64,000 nucleotides of DNA from Candidatus Hydrogenedentota bacterium (GCA_045863295.1 BTWA01000002.1:235137-299136), one strand, 5' to 3'; shown: positions 31,667 to 41,285, numbered from the stretch's first letter. Notes: generated from the letters alone by a model not told the origin. Numbers and translations are program-made.

Positions 31667-32473
31667 ATGGGTAACGCCGTTCGTCTGACATTGGTGAGTT
31701 TGTTGTGGGTCGCGTGTGGGTTGGGTTGGGCCGACTTGGCGCCGCCGAAGAACGGGGGCGTGTATGTGGTGGCTCACCGGGGGGCGCACATCGGGATTCC
31801 GGAGAATACGCTGGCTGCGTATGCGAAGGCGATTGAGCTGGGGTGCGACTTTGTCGAGATAGATGTCCGTACGACCAAGGATGGTCATTTTGTGAGCGTA
31901 CACAATTCTTCGGTTGACGCGTATACCGAAGGCGTGACGGGCAAAGTGGCGGAGATGACATTGGACGAGATTCGTGCATTGGATGTTGGCAAGAAAGTTG
32001 GTCCGGATTGGGCAGGCACTCGCGTGCCGACCCTGGACGAGATCCTTGCGTTATGCAAGGGCAAGATCGGGATCTACCTGGATTTGAAAGAAGGTGATCC
32101 TGTGGCGATACTCGCAAAGATTCGCGAATATGACATGCAGAACGACGTGATTTGGTACGCGAGCTGGGAAGAGCAACAGATAGTGCGCGCGCAGTGCGCC
32201 GAATGTCATATCATGCCGGATCCGGGTCCCGAGGAGAATCTGGCGAAGTTACTGGAGACGTTTCCCGGGGTGAAGGTAGTGGCTTCCATGTTCAAGTTTT
32301 GCAGCGCGACATTTGTACAGACCTGCAAAGATGCGGGTGCGATCGTGATTATGGACGAGAGCGAGCCGTCGTGCTGGGAGGAGTCATTGAGTTGGGGACT
32401 TCAGGGTATTCAGACCGACCATCCGGAAGACCTTATCAAGTTCTTGAAGGAACGGGCGATGGCGTCCAAGTGA
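31667..32473 (+). CDS. Glycerophosphodiester phosphodiesterase family protein
   Basis: VAHRGA, PENTLAAY, EIDVRTTKDG, IQTDHP. Confidence 0.92.
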   Translation: MGNAVRLTLVSLLWVACGLGWADLAPPKNGGVYVVAHRGAHIGIPENTLAAYAKAIELGCDFVEIDVRTTKDGHFVSVHNSSVDAYTEGVTGKVAEMTLDEIRALDVGKKVGPDWAGTRVPTLDEILALCKGKIGIYLDLKEGDPVAILAKIREYDMQNDVIWYASWEEQQIVRAQCAECHIMPDPGPEENLAKLLETFPGVKVVASMFKFCSATFVQTCKDAGAIVIMDESEPSCWEESLSWGLQGIQTDHPEDLIKFLKERAMASK

Positions 32474-32508
32474 CTGCAGTGAACAGGTTGGATGGCAGGA
32501 AGTAACCC

Positions 32509-32994
32509 ATGGTAAAGGTGCTATTTGTTTGCATGGGCAACATTTGCCGATCGCCGACAGCGGAGGCGCTGATGCGTCATCATGCGAAGGCTCGGGGGCT
32601 TGCTCATCGTATCCACATTGATTCGGCCGGGACGCACGCGTATCACGTGGGAGAAACACCTGATCCGCGATCGCGTCAAGAGGCTGAGCGGCGCGGCGTA
32701 AGTATGGCGGATATTCGGGCACGCGCGGTGGAGCCGGGGGATTTCGAATCGTTCGACTACATACTGGTGATGGACGATGTGAACTACGAACATCTTATCC
32801 GGATATGCCCGCCTTCCCATCGCGGCAAGATTCAATACCTTTTGTCTTATCATCCCGAAACGGAGTTGACGTCGGTGCCGGATCCGTATTACGGGGGGGC
32901 GCGCGGCTTTATTCATGTTTTTGATTTGGTCGAGGGCGGAATCAGGGGATTTATCGAGCATCTCGAGGCGGGTCGTCTCGCGCAACAGGCGTAG
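32509..32994 (+). CDS. Low molecular weight protein-tyrosine phosphatase family
   Basis: VCMGNICRSP, DSAGT, VPDPYYG. Confidence 0.95.
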   Translation: MVKVLFVCMGNICRSPTAEALMRHHAKARGLAHRIHIDSAGTHAYHVGETPDPRSRQEAERRGVSMADIRARAVEPGDFESFDYILVMDDVNYEHLIRICPPSHRGKIQYLLSYHPETELTSVPDPYYGGARGFIHVFDLVEGGIRGFIEHLEAGRLAQQA

Positions 32995-32999
32995 CACCG

Positions 33000-33857
33000 G
33001 TGCGTGGCGGTGTTGAGGGCCGACTGGAAACCGTTCTTGGGGCGGCGGTTGCCGGCCTGCGTGCGCTTAGCGGTGGGTGTATCGGGGACGTGTACCGGGC
33101 CGATTTGACGGATGGCCGCCGCGTCGTTATCAAAGTGGATTCGAGTTCGCGTCCGCAGCTTGATGTCGAGGCTTACATGCTGCGTTATCTGCGCGAGCAC
33201 AGCGGCCTGCCGGTGCCGGACGTTCTGCACGGCGAGCCTGGACTATTGGTCTTGGCATACATCGAAGGGGATAGCCGGTTTGGTCCGCACGAACAGACTC
33301 ATGCGGCGGAACTGCTGGCCGAGCTACACTCGGTGAAGTCGGACCGTTTTGGGTTGGAGCGGGACACGCTGATCGGATCGTTGCATCAACCCAATCCGTG
33401 GACGGCGACATGGATCGACTTCTTTCGCGAGCACCGATTGATCCATATGGCCCGTGGTGCCTACCAATCCGGCCGAATGCCGAAGAACACCTATTCCCGA
33501 GTCGAAGCGTTTGCCGCCCGGCTGGAGCAGTATCTCTTGGAGCCTGAGAGTCCCTCCTTGTTGCATGGGGATGTATGGACGACCAACGTGCTGGCACACG
33601 GTGGCCGGATAACGGGGTTTATTGATCCCGCGATCTATTTCGGCCATCCCGAGATCGAATTGGCATTTACAACCTTATTTGGCACGTTTGGGGATGTCTT
33701 TTTTGGCCGGTATCATGAATTGCGCCCGATCGAGCCTGGATTTTTCGAGGTCCGACGGGACGTCTATAACCTCTATCCCCTGTTGGTGCATGTGCGGCTG
33801 TTTGGTGGTGGGTATCTGGGGGATGTAGAGCGTACGCTTGCGCGGTTGGGTTTCTAA
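33000..33857 (+). CDS. Fructosamine kinase family protein
   Basis: LSGGCI, SLLHGDVW, IDPAIYFGHPEIELA, YNLYPLLVH. Confidence 0.93.
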   Translation: MRGGVEGRLETVLGAAVAGLRALSGGCIGDVYRADLTDGRRVVIKVDSSSRPQLDVEAYMLRYLREHSGLPVPDVLHGEPGLLVLAYIEGDSRFGPHEQTHAAELLAELHSVKSDRFGLERDTLIGSLHQPNPWTATWIDFFREHRLIHMARGAYQSGRMPKNTYSRVEAFAARLEQYLLEPESPSLLHGDVWTTNVLAHGGRITGFIDPAIYFGHPEIELAFTTLFGTFGDVFFGRYHELRPIEPGFFEVRRDVYNLYPLLVHVRLFGGGYLGDVERTLARLGF

Positions 33858-33865
33858 GTAACATG

Positions 33866-33895
33866 AAAAAAGGGCGATTTCAGAGAAACCGCCCT
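33866..33895 (-). terminator. Terminator for the minus-strand small peptide
   Basis: Minus strand AGGGCGGTTTC-TCT-GAAATCGCCCT-TTTTT. Confidence 0.7.
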
Positions 33896-33932
33896 GAGTG
33901 CAGCTATATGAGTCGAGATTGCCGAAGCCGTC

Positions 33933-34076
33933 TTATGGTATCAGTGCCTGGTAGAACGGCGTTATCAATATGGCGGCCCCGTAGAGCAGAAGCAGAATCG
34001 GGCTGAACAGGATTGCCCCTATCGAACCCAACGGGTTTTGTAGAAACAACTGGATATAGGCGTCAAGACTTGGCAT
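33933..34076 (-). CDS. Small hydrophobic peptide (47 aa)
   Basis: MPSLDAYIQLFLQNPLGSIGAILFSPILLLLYGAAILITPFYQALIP; AAGGAGGAG RBS; extended -10 TGGTATAGT; own terminator. Confidence 0.7.
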   Translation of the reverse strand: MPSLDAYIQLFLQNPLGSIGAILFSPILLLLYGAAILITPFYQALIP

Positions 34077-34182
34077 GAACGTTCTCCTCCTTGTCCGTGT
34101 CACTATACCATAACCCGGAAGGGCTGGTGCGTTACAATTGCCGCGGCGCTTGCGGGTGCATGCGCCACGAGGGGAGTGGCCA

Positions 34183-35529
34183 ATGGCAGGCGATGCGATG
34201 AGCGGGTTGCGGTCAGAAGGCGATGTGAACTTGTCGGCTGCACGGGTTGCGTGGTCGGACGGGCAGTTGGACGCGGGTACCCGGGCGCTATTGACCGAGG
34301 ACGCGCGATATTTTTTGCACCAGTCGTTATCGACGCCTTGTTTGAATGCCTTGAACGCGGTGGATGGGGCACGCATAGAGGATATGCAAGGCCGCCGCTA
34401 CCTTGATTTTCACGGGAACAGCGTCCATCAGGTGGGCTACTCCAATCCGTCGGTCATTCAAGCCATTAAAGACCAATTGGACGCGCTGTCGTTTTGTCCT
34501 CGGCGGTATACCAACCGGCCGGCGGTGACGCTGGCGAAGAAGTTGTCGGAGCTTGCGCCGGGGAATTTGGGCAAGGTGTTGTTTGCGCCTGGGGGCACTT
34601 CGGCGATTGGGATGGCGCTGAAGATTGCGCGCGTGGCCACGGGCCGGTTCAAGACGATTTCGATGTGGGAATCCTTTCACGGGGCTTCGCTTGATGCCAT
34701 TTCGATTGGCGGAGAGGCGATGTTCCGCCGTGGGATTGGTCCGTTGTTGCCGGGCACGGAACATGTGCCTCCGCCGGACGCCGGGCATTGTCCCTTTGGG
34801 TGTGGCGGCACATGCACTCTTCGATGCGCGGAGTATGTGAACTACGTTCTGGAACGCGAAGGGGATGTCGGTGCGGTGATCGCGGAGACGGTTCGTTGTA
34901 CGCCGTTTATTCCGCCGGTGGAGTATTGGCGGATCGTGCGGGAGGCATGCGATCGCCATGGCGCCCTGCTAATTCTGGACGAGATCCCGATAGGACTGGG
35001 GCGGACGGGAAAGATGTTTGCATGCGAGCACTATGGGATCGTGCCAGATATTCTTGTGATTGGCAAAGGGCTTGGTGGAGGGGTATTGCCGCTTGCCGCA
35101 ATGATTACGCGCGACGACCTGGACATCGCCGGTGATCATTCGCTTGGCCACTACACGCACGAGAAGAACCCGGTTCTGTGCGCGGCCGGCCTTGCGACGA
35201 TCGCGTATCTGGAAGAGCACCGGCTTGTGGACCGTGCCGCGGAATTGGGGGAGTATGCGGCCGTTGCATTGAATTCTTTAAGGGAGCGGCATGCGATCAT
35301 AGGCGGCGTTCGCGGACTTGGATTGTTGTTGGGCGTGGAGTTGAATCGCGCAGACGGATCTCGCGCCGTCGACGAGGCGGAGCGCGTGATGTATGCATGT
35401 CTTGAGCGCGGACTGAGCTTCAAGACGACGATGGGGAACATACTGACGTTGACGCCGCCTTTGACCGTAACCAAGGCGGAATTGGACGAAGCGATAGGCA
35501 TTCTGGACGCGAGTTTGGAGACAGTGTGA
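34183..35529 (+). CDS. Class III PLP-dependent aminotransferase-fold enzyme, PbfA-like (hydroxy-aminoethylphosphonate ammonia-lyase)
   Basis: SEGDVNLS, FLHQSLSTPCL, DFHGNSVHQVG, ILDEI..GLGRTG, GKGLGGG, GHYTHEKNP. Confidence 0.75.
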   Translation: MAGDAMSGLRSEGDVNLSAARVAWSDGQLDAGTRALLTEDARYFLHQSLSTPCLNALNAVDGARIEDMQGRRYLDFHGNSVHQVGYSNPSVIQAIKDQLDALSFCPRRYTNRPAVTLAKKLSELAPGNLGKVLFAPGGTSAIGMALKIARVATGRFKTISMWESFHGASLDAISIGGEAMFRRGIGPLLPGTEHVPPPDAGHCPFGCGGTCTLRCAEYVNYVLEREGDVGAVIAETVRCTPFIPPVEYWRIVREACDRHGALLILDEIPIGLGRTGKMFACEHYGIVPDILVIGKGLGGGVLPLAAMITRDDLDIAGDHSLGHYTHEKNPVLCAAGLATIAYLEEHRLVDRAAELGEYAAVALNSLRERHAIIGGVRGLGLLLGVELNRADGSRAVDEAERVMYACLERGLSFKTTMGNILTLTPPLTVTKAELDEAIGILDASLETV

Positions 35530-36341
35530 TGCATGGGTTGGCCGTAATGGCGTGGTTCGCGGCGCTTGCGTTGGGGGTTGGCGCACCGGAGAGCCCATAC
35601 CGGCAGGGGGCCGTGGTTCGTGGTGACGGGGGCTGGATGGCTTACTTCGAGCGGGCGGGTACCGGACCTGCGCTCATTCTGATTCCCGGGAGTTGGGATG
35701 ATCATACGGCGTACGATGCGTTCTTGAACGGAGTGAACAGTGAGTTGCATATCGTCATTGTGGAACTGCCGGGTCATGGCGCGAGCATGCCGGCGGCGGT
35801 TCAGCCGACCATGCGGTCATTTGGCGAGGATGTGTTTCGCGTTGCGGACGAGTTGAAACTAGATACGTTTTACGTGGGCGGACACAGCATTGGGGGGATG
35901 ATCGCCATCGAAATGGCGGGGCAGACACCGGAGCGGTTGCTAGGGGTTATATCGATCGAAGGGTGGACTCATCACAGCGTGGTGAAGGACGCATTTGATG
36001 GTGCGTTGGCCAATACGCTGACCCCTGAACAGGAGCGGCAGCGAGTAGCGAACCGGGAGCGTACGCAGGCTCAAGTGACCAAAGCGCAAATCGATGCATT
36101 TGGCGGAGTCTGGCGGCAGTGGGACGGCTTCGCCATATTGAGTACAACGACCGTTCCTGTGCTGGAGATATGGGGGGATCGTGGAAGAGACGCGGCAAGC
36201 CGTGCGGCCATGAAGATTCCGGAACGAGAAACTATAACGATTGCATGGATTAGAGGCGCATCGCATTGGCTGTTGTTGGAGCAACCGTTGGAAGTAGCCA
36301 GGGCCGTGAACGCGTTTATTCCAATGAAGCCTTCGGAATGA
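35526..36341 (+). CDS. Alpha/beta hydrolase
   Basis: ELPGHG, GHSIGG nucleophile elbow, ASHW; overlaps the stop of the upstream gene. Confidence 0.88.
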   Translation: MMHGLAVMAWFAALALGVGAPESPYRQGAVVRGDGGWMAYFERAGTGPALILIPGSWDDHTAYDAFLNGVNSELHIVIVELPGHGASMPAAVQPTMRSFGEDVFRVADELKLDTFYVGGHSIGGMIAIEMAGQTPERLLGVISIEGWTHHSVVKDAFDGALANTLTPEQERQRVANRERTQAQVTKAQIDAFGGVWRQWDGFAILSTTTVPVLEIWGDRGRDAASRAAMKIPERETITIAWIRGASHWLLLEQPLEVARAVNAFIPMKPSE

Positions 36342-36407
36342 GTAGGGCCATGGACACTGCAATTTGCAGAATGGCGCGATGATCCAGCCGCGTTGGGTCC
36401 TGACCGG

Positions 36408-38414
36408 TTACTTCGACATCGTCAGGAACAAATAATCCAGCCCCACCATGTGAGCGGGTTTTGCTTTCGGATTTGCTCCGACGATTTCGATCCTGAGAAT
36501 GTTCTCGCCTTCTTTCAAATCCGCCTCGCCCAGTAGTTCTTGTGTGCCGGCACGGACGCCAGGATCGTAGAAATCGCGTGCTTCGCCGAGCGGTTGATCG
36601 TTGATTGAAAGTCTGGCGATTGCATAATCGACGGCATAGGTAAATACCGCTTCGATTTTGTACCTTCCGGTTTTCTTGACGGGTACGGCAAGCGTGAGGA
36701 CGTTGCCGGGTTTATTGTCTATCCACCAGATTTGCGCAGCGTTGCTCCAGTTCCATGTGTCGGTTTGCTGAACGGTTGGATTTCCTCCCGTTGCGCCGAT
36801 TACCTTCAGGGATTCGCCTTCGAGGGCACCCTCTTTACGGAACGGCGGCGGCAATTCGGGCATGGGATGAATCTTCAACGAAGCTTGTTGGACAGGCGGG
36901 CGATTGTCCTTCGAGCCGGGCTTTGCATACCAGTACGACGTCGCGGCCATGGCGACTTCGGTTTGCTTCCAGTGCCAGACTTCAATATCAAATTGGAATG
37001 ACTTGGTAAAGGGTATGGCGTCGATGATGTGAAACCGGCTGACACAGGTTTGACCGTAGTTTCCGGGGCCATCGCATCTGGGCTGGTTGTGGTATGCGTG
37101 CGTAAACACTTCGGGGCAGCACCATGCGTATCCGTAGTAATCTTCAGTTCCCGTTCCAAACGTGCTGGGGATAGTCTCGCCATCCACGTAGATTTTTTCA
37201 TCGCCCTCGCCCCACCAATCTTTCACCGGGTTGCTGACGTGCAGCATGTCGCCAACGAAGACGCCTTGGCCGTCGATGGTCACGTAATTCCAGTCTTGAC
37301 GAGGCTGGGTCGGGATTGGAAATTCGGCGCGCCATTTCGCATTGAAGTGCATGGACTGTGGGGACCACTCGTAATCGACTTGGCTGAATAGGCCCGTGAC
37401 GGTGATTGGTTGCGCGCCGAGGTTGGTTAAGACGAATTTCGCGGACAGTTGGAAGGGCATGACCCAGCGGCACACCAACATGCCGTCGGGGTTGCACTGC
37501 AACGGAATTGAGGAGAATGGGTTTGGTCCGGGGGCGGTACCGAAGAAGTCCCCGAGCGGCACGTCGATAGACGGGGAAGCCTCGCCGTCAAAATGGGCGG
37601 TGAGAACGAGCTGGCGCAAGGCCTTCTCCGGGTCTTCGGCGTCCACTTTGATCCAAAATTCGTTGATGGCGGCGGGGCCTTCAAAAGCCTGATTCACGGC
37701 TTCGCCGGGTGCGACGATGAGTCCGTCAAAAGAATTCTGTTTGCCGAGGCGTGTACGCACTGTATTGGGCCGTGCGAGCACGTTTGCGGTGCGCATGATA
37801 TCGGCCGCGCAAGTTTTGGCGAGATCCATGGAAAACGTTTCGACACGGGTGCCGGGCGTGTACGTGCGATAGTTGATTTGGTAGTAGTAGTCGAAACGGT
37901 TCGTAGTGATTTTGCAGTGTTTGGCGTACGGAATGGGCAGATAGCTGTTCCATCCACGCGCACGCGTTCCCGCGATGGCGTCGGGTGCGAATTCAGTGCG
38001 TCCGCCGAGAAAGTCGGACAGGGTACATTCGATGGCCGGCTGGTCAGATTCGTCGAGGTAGATGCGCAACAGACCTGCGTCGTCCGGGTTGGCGGACCAG
38101 AACCGGACGATTGCACCGGGTCCACCGGAGTCCATGATGACGTACTCGGTTTCGCCGTTTCGTTCTTCCTTGCGGATGTACTGCCCACGATCTCCATTGG
38201 CGAACCAGTTTTCATCGGTGGGGATGGCCGGATCAGTTGAGCGCCTGTCGTAACTGGAAGCCTGGCGGTTGGCGTAGTTGGGATCGGGGTAGCGGGTAAT
38301 TGATTCGAGATCGGTCATCTCCTTGAGCAGGCCGGCGAATGTAACTTGGGGCCACGCACTGGACGCACTTGCAAGCACTATTGCGGCCCACGCGGCAGTT
38401 TGAATTGGTCGCAT
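36408..38414 (-). CDS. DUF2961 (GH172-like) glycoside hydrolase, secreted
   Basis: QASSYDR, GPGAIVRFWS, WWGEGDEKIYVDGE, GTGTEDYY. Confidence 0.85.
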   Translation of the reverse strand: MRPIQTAAWAAIVLASASSAWPQVTFAGLLKEMTDLESITRYPDPNYANRQASSYDRRSTDPAIPTDENWFANGDRGQYIRKEERNGETEYVIMDSGGPGAIVRFWSANPDDAGLLRIYLDESDQPAIECTLSDFLGGRTEFAPDAIAGTRARGWNSYLPIPYAKHCKITTNRFDYYYQINYRTYTPGTRVETFSMDLAKTCAADIMRTANVLARPNTVRTRLGKQNSFDGLIVAPGEAVNQAFEGPAAINEFWIKVDAEDPEKALRQLVLTAHFDGEASPSIDVPLGDFFGTAPGPNPFSSIPLQCNPDGMLVCRWVMPFQLSAKFVLTNLGAQPITVTGLFSQVDYEWSPQSMHFNAKWRAEFPIPTQPRQDWNYVTIDGQGVFVGDMLHVSNPVKDWWGEGDEKIYVDGETIPSTFGTGTEDYYGYAWCCPEVFTHAYHNQPRCDGPGNYGQTCVSRFHIIDAIPFTKSFQFDIEVWHWKQTEVAMAATSYWYAKPGSKDNRPPVQQASLKIHPMPELPPPFRKEGALEGESLKVIGATGGNPTVQQTDTWNWSNAAQIWWIDNKPGNVLTLAVPVKKTGRYKIEAVFTYAVDYAIARLSINDQPLGEARDFYDPGVRAGTQELLGEADLKEGENILRIEIVGANPKAKPAHMVGLDYLFLTMSK

Positions 38415-38617
38415 CGCTGTATCCTTTTCCGGGGCCCGAGTTTGGCCGGTATTCGCTCCATTGCCAACCCCGTTTTTATAGCACATTGTGCACCGTTTTG
38501 GGGACCGCGGCCGGGGTCATTCCCGAACCTGTGGCGACGTTTATACGGGCCTGATTCTTATGGTATAGTCACAATCCCCCTGTGTCTGGACGGTTTGCGC
38601 AAGAGGGTTATGACTCC

Positions 38618-40018
38618 ATGGAAGAGGCTTTCCGACTGATAGAGCCACGTTTTGTTCCACCGCTGGATCCCGGATTTCGTCCGGCGGTCTTGGCGAACCG
38701 CGCATTTCTGACGGAAGTGGATGCGTCAGGGTGCGGGGTACCTTTGGTGTTGGCGCTGGAACGAGCGGATGGATCCGTCTCGCGATTTGAGACCCGGGTG
38801 TTTCCCGAGGCGCATCCGCGAGGGTTGTCGAATCTCCGGTATGCCGAGCGATTGGTAAAGTTTCTACTATGGCAACGGGGCGGCTGGCGGGTATACGTCG
38901 GCGGTCCGGCGTCGATTGGCGTGTATATTGACGACTGTTACCGTCCCGGTGGGCCTCGCGAGTTTGACCACCAGTTCATGGGGCAGGATGTCTATGAACG
39001 TTCGTTTGAGGTGGTAATCTGCGAAGCGGACGAAGTGCCCGAGGCGAAGGAATCGACCAGTCCCTTGGGCCGTCACCTTGATGGGTGCCGCATTGGATTT
39101 GATCTTGGCGCATCGGATCGCAAGGTTTCGGCGGTGGTGAACGGCGAGGCTATATTCAGCGAAGAGGTGGTATGGGAGCCGCGCAAGCACAGCGATCCGG
39201 CTTATCACCTTGGTGAGATTCGCGAGGCGTTGAAGACCGCGGCATCCAAGATGCCAAGGGTGGATGCGATTGGCGGCAGTTCGGCTGGGGTAATTATTAA
39301 CAGCCGTCCCATGGTTGCCTCGTTATTTCGTGCAGTGCCGAAGGATCGCTTTGACGAGGTGCATTCGATATTTCAGCGGTTGCAGCATGAGTTTGGAGTG
39401 CCGTTTGAAGTGGCGAACGACGGGGAGGTCACGGCGCTTGCGGGGTCAATGTCGCTGGAAGACAACGGTGTGCTGGGCATAGCGTTGGGTTCGAGCGAGG
39501 CTGGAGGATATGTGACGCTTGACGGGAACATTACAGGTTGGCTGAACGAGTTGGCGTTTGCTCCTGTCGATTATAGTCTTTCGGCGCCCAAGGACGAGTG
39601 GTCCGGCGATCACGGTGTTGGCGCGCTTTATTTTTCGCAGCAGTGCGTGTTTCGTCTGGCGCCTCGCGCCGGCATTGAACTTCCCACGGATGTGACGGAT
39701 GCGGAGAAGTTGAAATTTGTGCAGGACAAGTTGGAGAGCGGCCATGCCGGTGCGCGCGGAATTTGGGAAAGCATGGGCGTATTCATGGGGTATGGCATTG
39801 CCCATTATGCCGATTTTTATGAGTTGCGTCATGTGCTTGTGCTCGGGCGTTGCACGTCCGGTAGCGGTGGCGACCTTATTGTGAATGGCGCGAAGCACGT
39901 TTTAGAGGCTGAATTTCCGGAACTTTCGGCGCGGATAGAAGTGCAGTTGCCCGACGAGAAGGCGCGGCGCGTTGGCCAGTCCATCGCAGCAGCGAGCCTT
40001 CCGGCGTTATCTTCATAG
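38618..40018 (+). CDS. ROK family sugar kinase-like protein with N-terminal extension
   Basis: IGFDLGASDRK, VANDGEVTALAG, LGSSEAGG, WLNELAF. Confidence 0.85.
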   Translation: MEEAFRLIEPRFVPPLDPGFRPAVLANRAFLTEVDASGCGVPLVLALERADGSVSRFETRVFPEAHPRGLSNLRYAERLVKFLLWQRGGWRVYVGGPASIGVYIDDCYRPGGPREFDHQFMGQDVYERSFEVVICEADEVPEAKESTSPLGRHLDGCRIGFDLGASDRKVSAVVNGEAIFSEEVVWEPRKHSDPAYHLGEIREALKTAASKMPRVDAIGGSSAGVIINSRPMVASLFRAVPKDRFDEVHSIFQRLQHEFGVPFEVANDGEVTALAGSMSLEDNGVLGIALGSSEAGGYVTLDGNITGWLNELAFAPVDYSLSAPKDEWSGDHGVGALYFSQQCVFRLAPRAGIELPTDVTDAEKLKFVQDKLESGHAGARGIWESMGVFMGYGIAHYADFYELRHVLVLGRCTSGSGGDLIVNGAKHVLEAEFPELSARIEVQLPDEKARRVGQSIAAASLPALSS

Positions 40019-40049
40019 ATTACCTATTGAGACGAAGAAGGACGATGAC

Positions 40050-40898
40050 ATGAAATTCCACCTGCAATCTGCCGAGCTTTTCATACCCGATGGCGTGCCG
40101 GATGAAGAGGCTCTTTCGCGAACGACACATATGGCGATAGGCGCGCACCAGGACGATCTGGAAATCATGGCTTTTGACGGCATTTTGCAATGTTTTCAAA
40201 AGCTGGATAAATGGTTTACCGGCGTTGTGGTGACGAATGGTAGCGGATCGCCTCGCAGCGGGATCTATGCCGCCTTCACGGATGAGCAGATGCAGGAAAT
40301 CCGTATGGTGGAGCAGAAGAAGGCGGCGTTGATCGGCGAATATTCGGCGCAGGTCTTGCTGGACTATCCGAGCAAGGCCGTGAAGAATGCGAGCGACAAA
40401 CGTCCCGTGGAAGACATGATGGCACTGTTGAAGGCAAGCTCGCCGGACATAGTGTACACGCACAATCTTTGTGACAAGCACGACACGCACATCGGCGTCA
40501 CGTTGAAGGTGATTGAAGCGATTCGCCTGCTTGCTCCGAATGATCGTCCCAAGCGGCTATTTGGCTGCGAAGTGTGGCGCGATCTTGATTGGATGGTGGA
40601 CACGGACAAGATAGCGTTCAACGTGTCCGAACATGAAAACTTGCAGATGGCGTTGCTGGGCGTGTTTGATTCTCAGATCGCGGGCGGCAAACGGTATGAC
40701 CTGTCGACGATGGGTCGTCGCAGGGCTCATGCAACATACCACGCGTCGCACGACACCGACGTGGCGACGGGTATCACCTTTGGCATGGAATTGACGCCGC
40801 TCATTCAGGATGTAAACCTTGATCCCGGCGATTTTGCGTTGAACATGGTGGATCGGTTTCGGTCGGACGTGGCGGATAGAATCGCCCGATCCCGGTAA
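40050..40898 (+). CDS. PIG-L/LmbE family deacetylase
   Basis: AHQDDLE, VTNG, HNLCDKHDTH. Confidence 0.87.
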   Translation: MKFHLQSAELFIPDGVPDEEALSRTTHMAIGAHQDDLEIMAFDGILQCFQKLDKWFTGVVVTNGSGSPRSGIYAAFTDEQMQEIRMVEQKKAALIGEYSAQVLLDYPSKAVKNASDKRPVEDMMALLKASSPDIVYTHNLCDKHDTHIGVTLKVIEAIRLLAPNDRPKRLFGCEVWRDLDWMVDTDKIAFNVSEHENLQMALLGVFDSQIAGGKRYDLSTMGRRRAHATYHASHDTDVATGITFGMELTPLIQDVNLDPGDFALNMVDRFRSDVADRIARSR

Positions 40899-40922
40899 TC
40901 AGCGCTATTTGATTCGAATCCG

Positions 40923-40956
40923 AACGTCCCCAGGGCCTTGAACTGGGGACGTTTTT
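40923..40956 (+). terminator. Rho-independent terminator
   Basis: AACGTCCCCAG...CTGGGGACGTT-TTT. Confidence 0.75.
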
Positions 40957-41008
40957 GTGTTTGCATGCGGTATCTGTCGAGCGCGGGTGGTATGATCTCC
41001 GTTAGCCC

Positions 41009-41121
41009 GCATTTTGCACCACGCTTGAATCGTGCGTGGAAGACTGAAGTACAGTCTCCGTGGAAGACTGAAGTACAGTCTCCGTGGAAGACTGAAGTAC
41101 AGTCTCCGTGGTGCAAAATGC
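41009..41121. repeat. MITE/REP-like element: 15-bp terminal inverted repeats enclosing 3x24-bp palindromic tandem units
   Basis: GCATTTTGCACCACG (41009-41023) / CGTGGTGCAAAATGC (41107-41121); CGTGGAAGACTGAAGTACAGTCTC x3 (41035-41106). Confidence 0.85.
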
Positions 41122-41285
41122 TCACACAGAATTCCTTAAGCTTGAAACGCTGAGGATATTTCACGTGCACACTGTAAGTGCGCCAGTTTTGGTAACAGGC
41201 CGGTTGAATTGTTGGTACACCTTTCAATTGGACAATGTCGTTAAATATCCGGGTTAGCGCGCATGCAAGAGGTGAATCTCGCAGA

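Noticed and set aside
31151..31903. 250-aa minus-strand ORF
   Set aside because: Overlaps the GDPD gene and the small-peptide unit in antisense; no recognisable motifs.
41035..41111. 24-bp palindromic repeats as a CRISPR array
   Set aside because: Units are directly adjacent with no spacers, and there are no cas genes in the window.
40805..41227. ORFs containing repeated HGDCTSVF / WKTEVQSP peptides
   Set aside because: By-products of the 24-bp DNA repeat; no RBS or coding signature.
41122..41285. Cobalamin riboswitch upstream of the BtuF-like ABC operon
   Set aside because: Could not find the conserved GGGAA, GCCACTG or B12-box elements.
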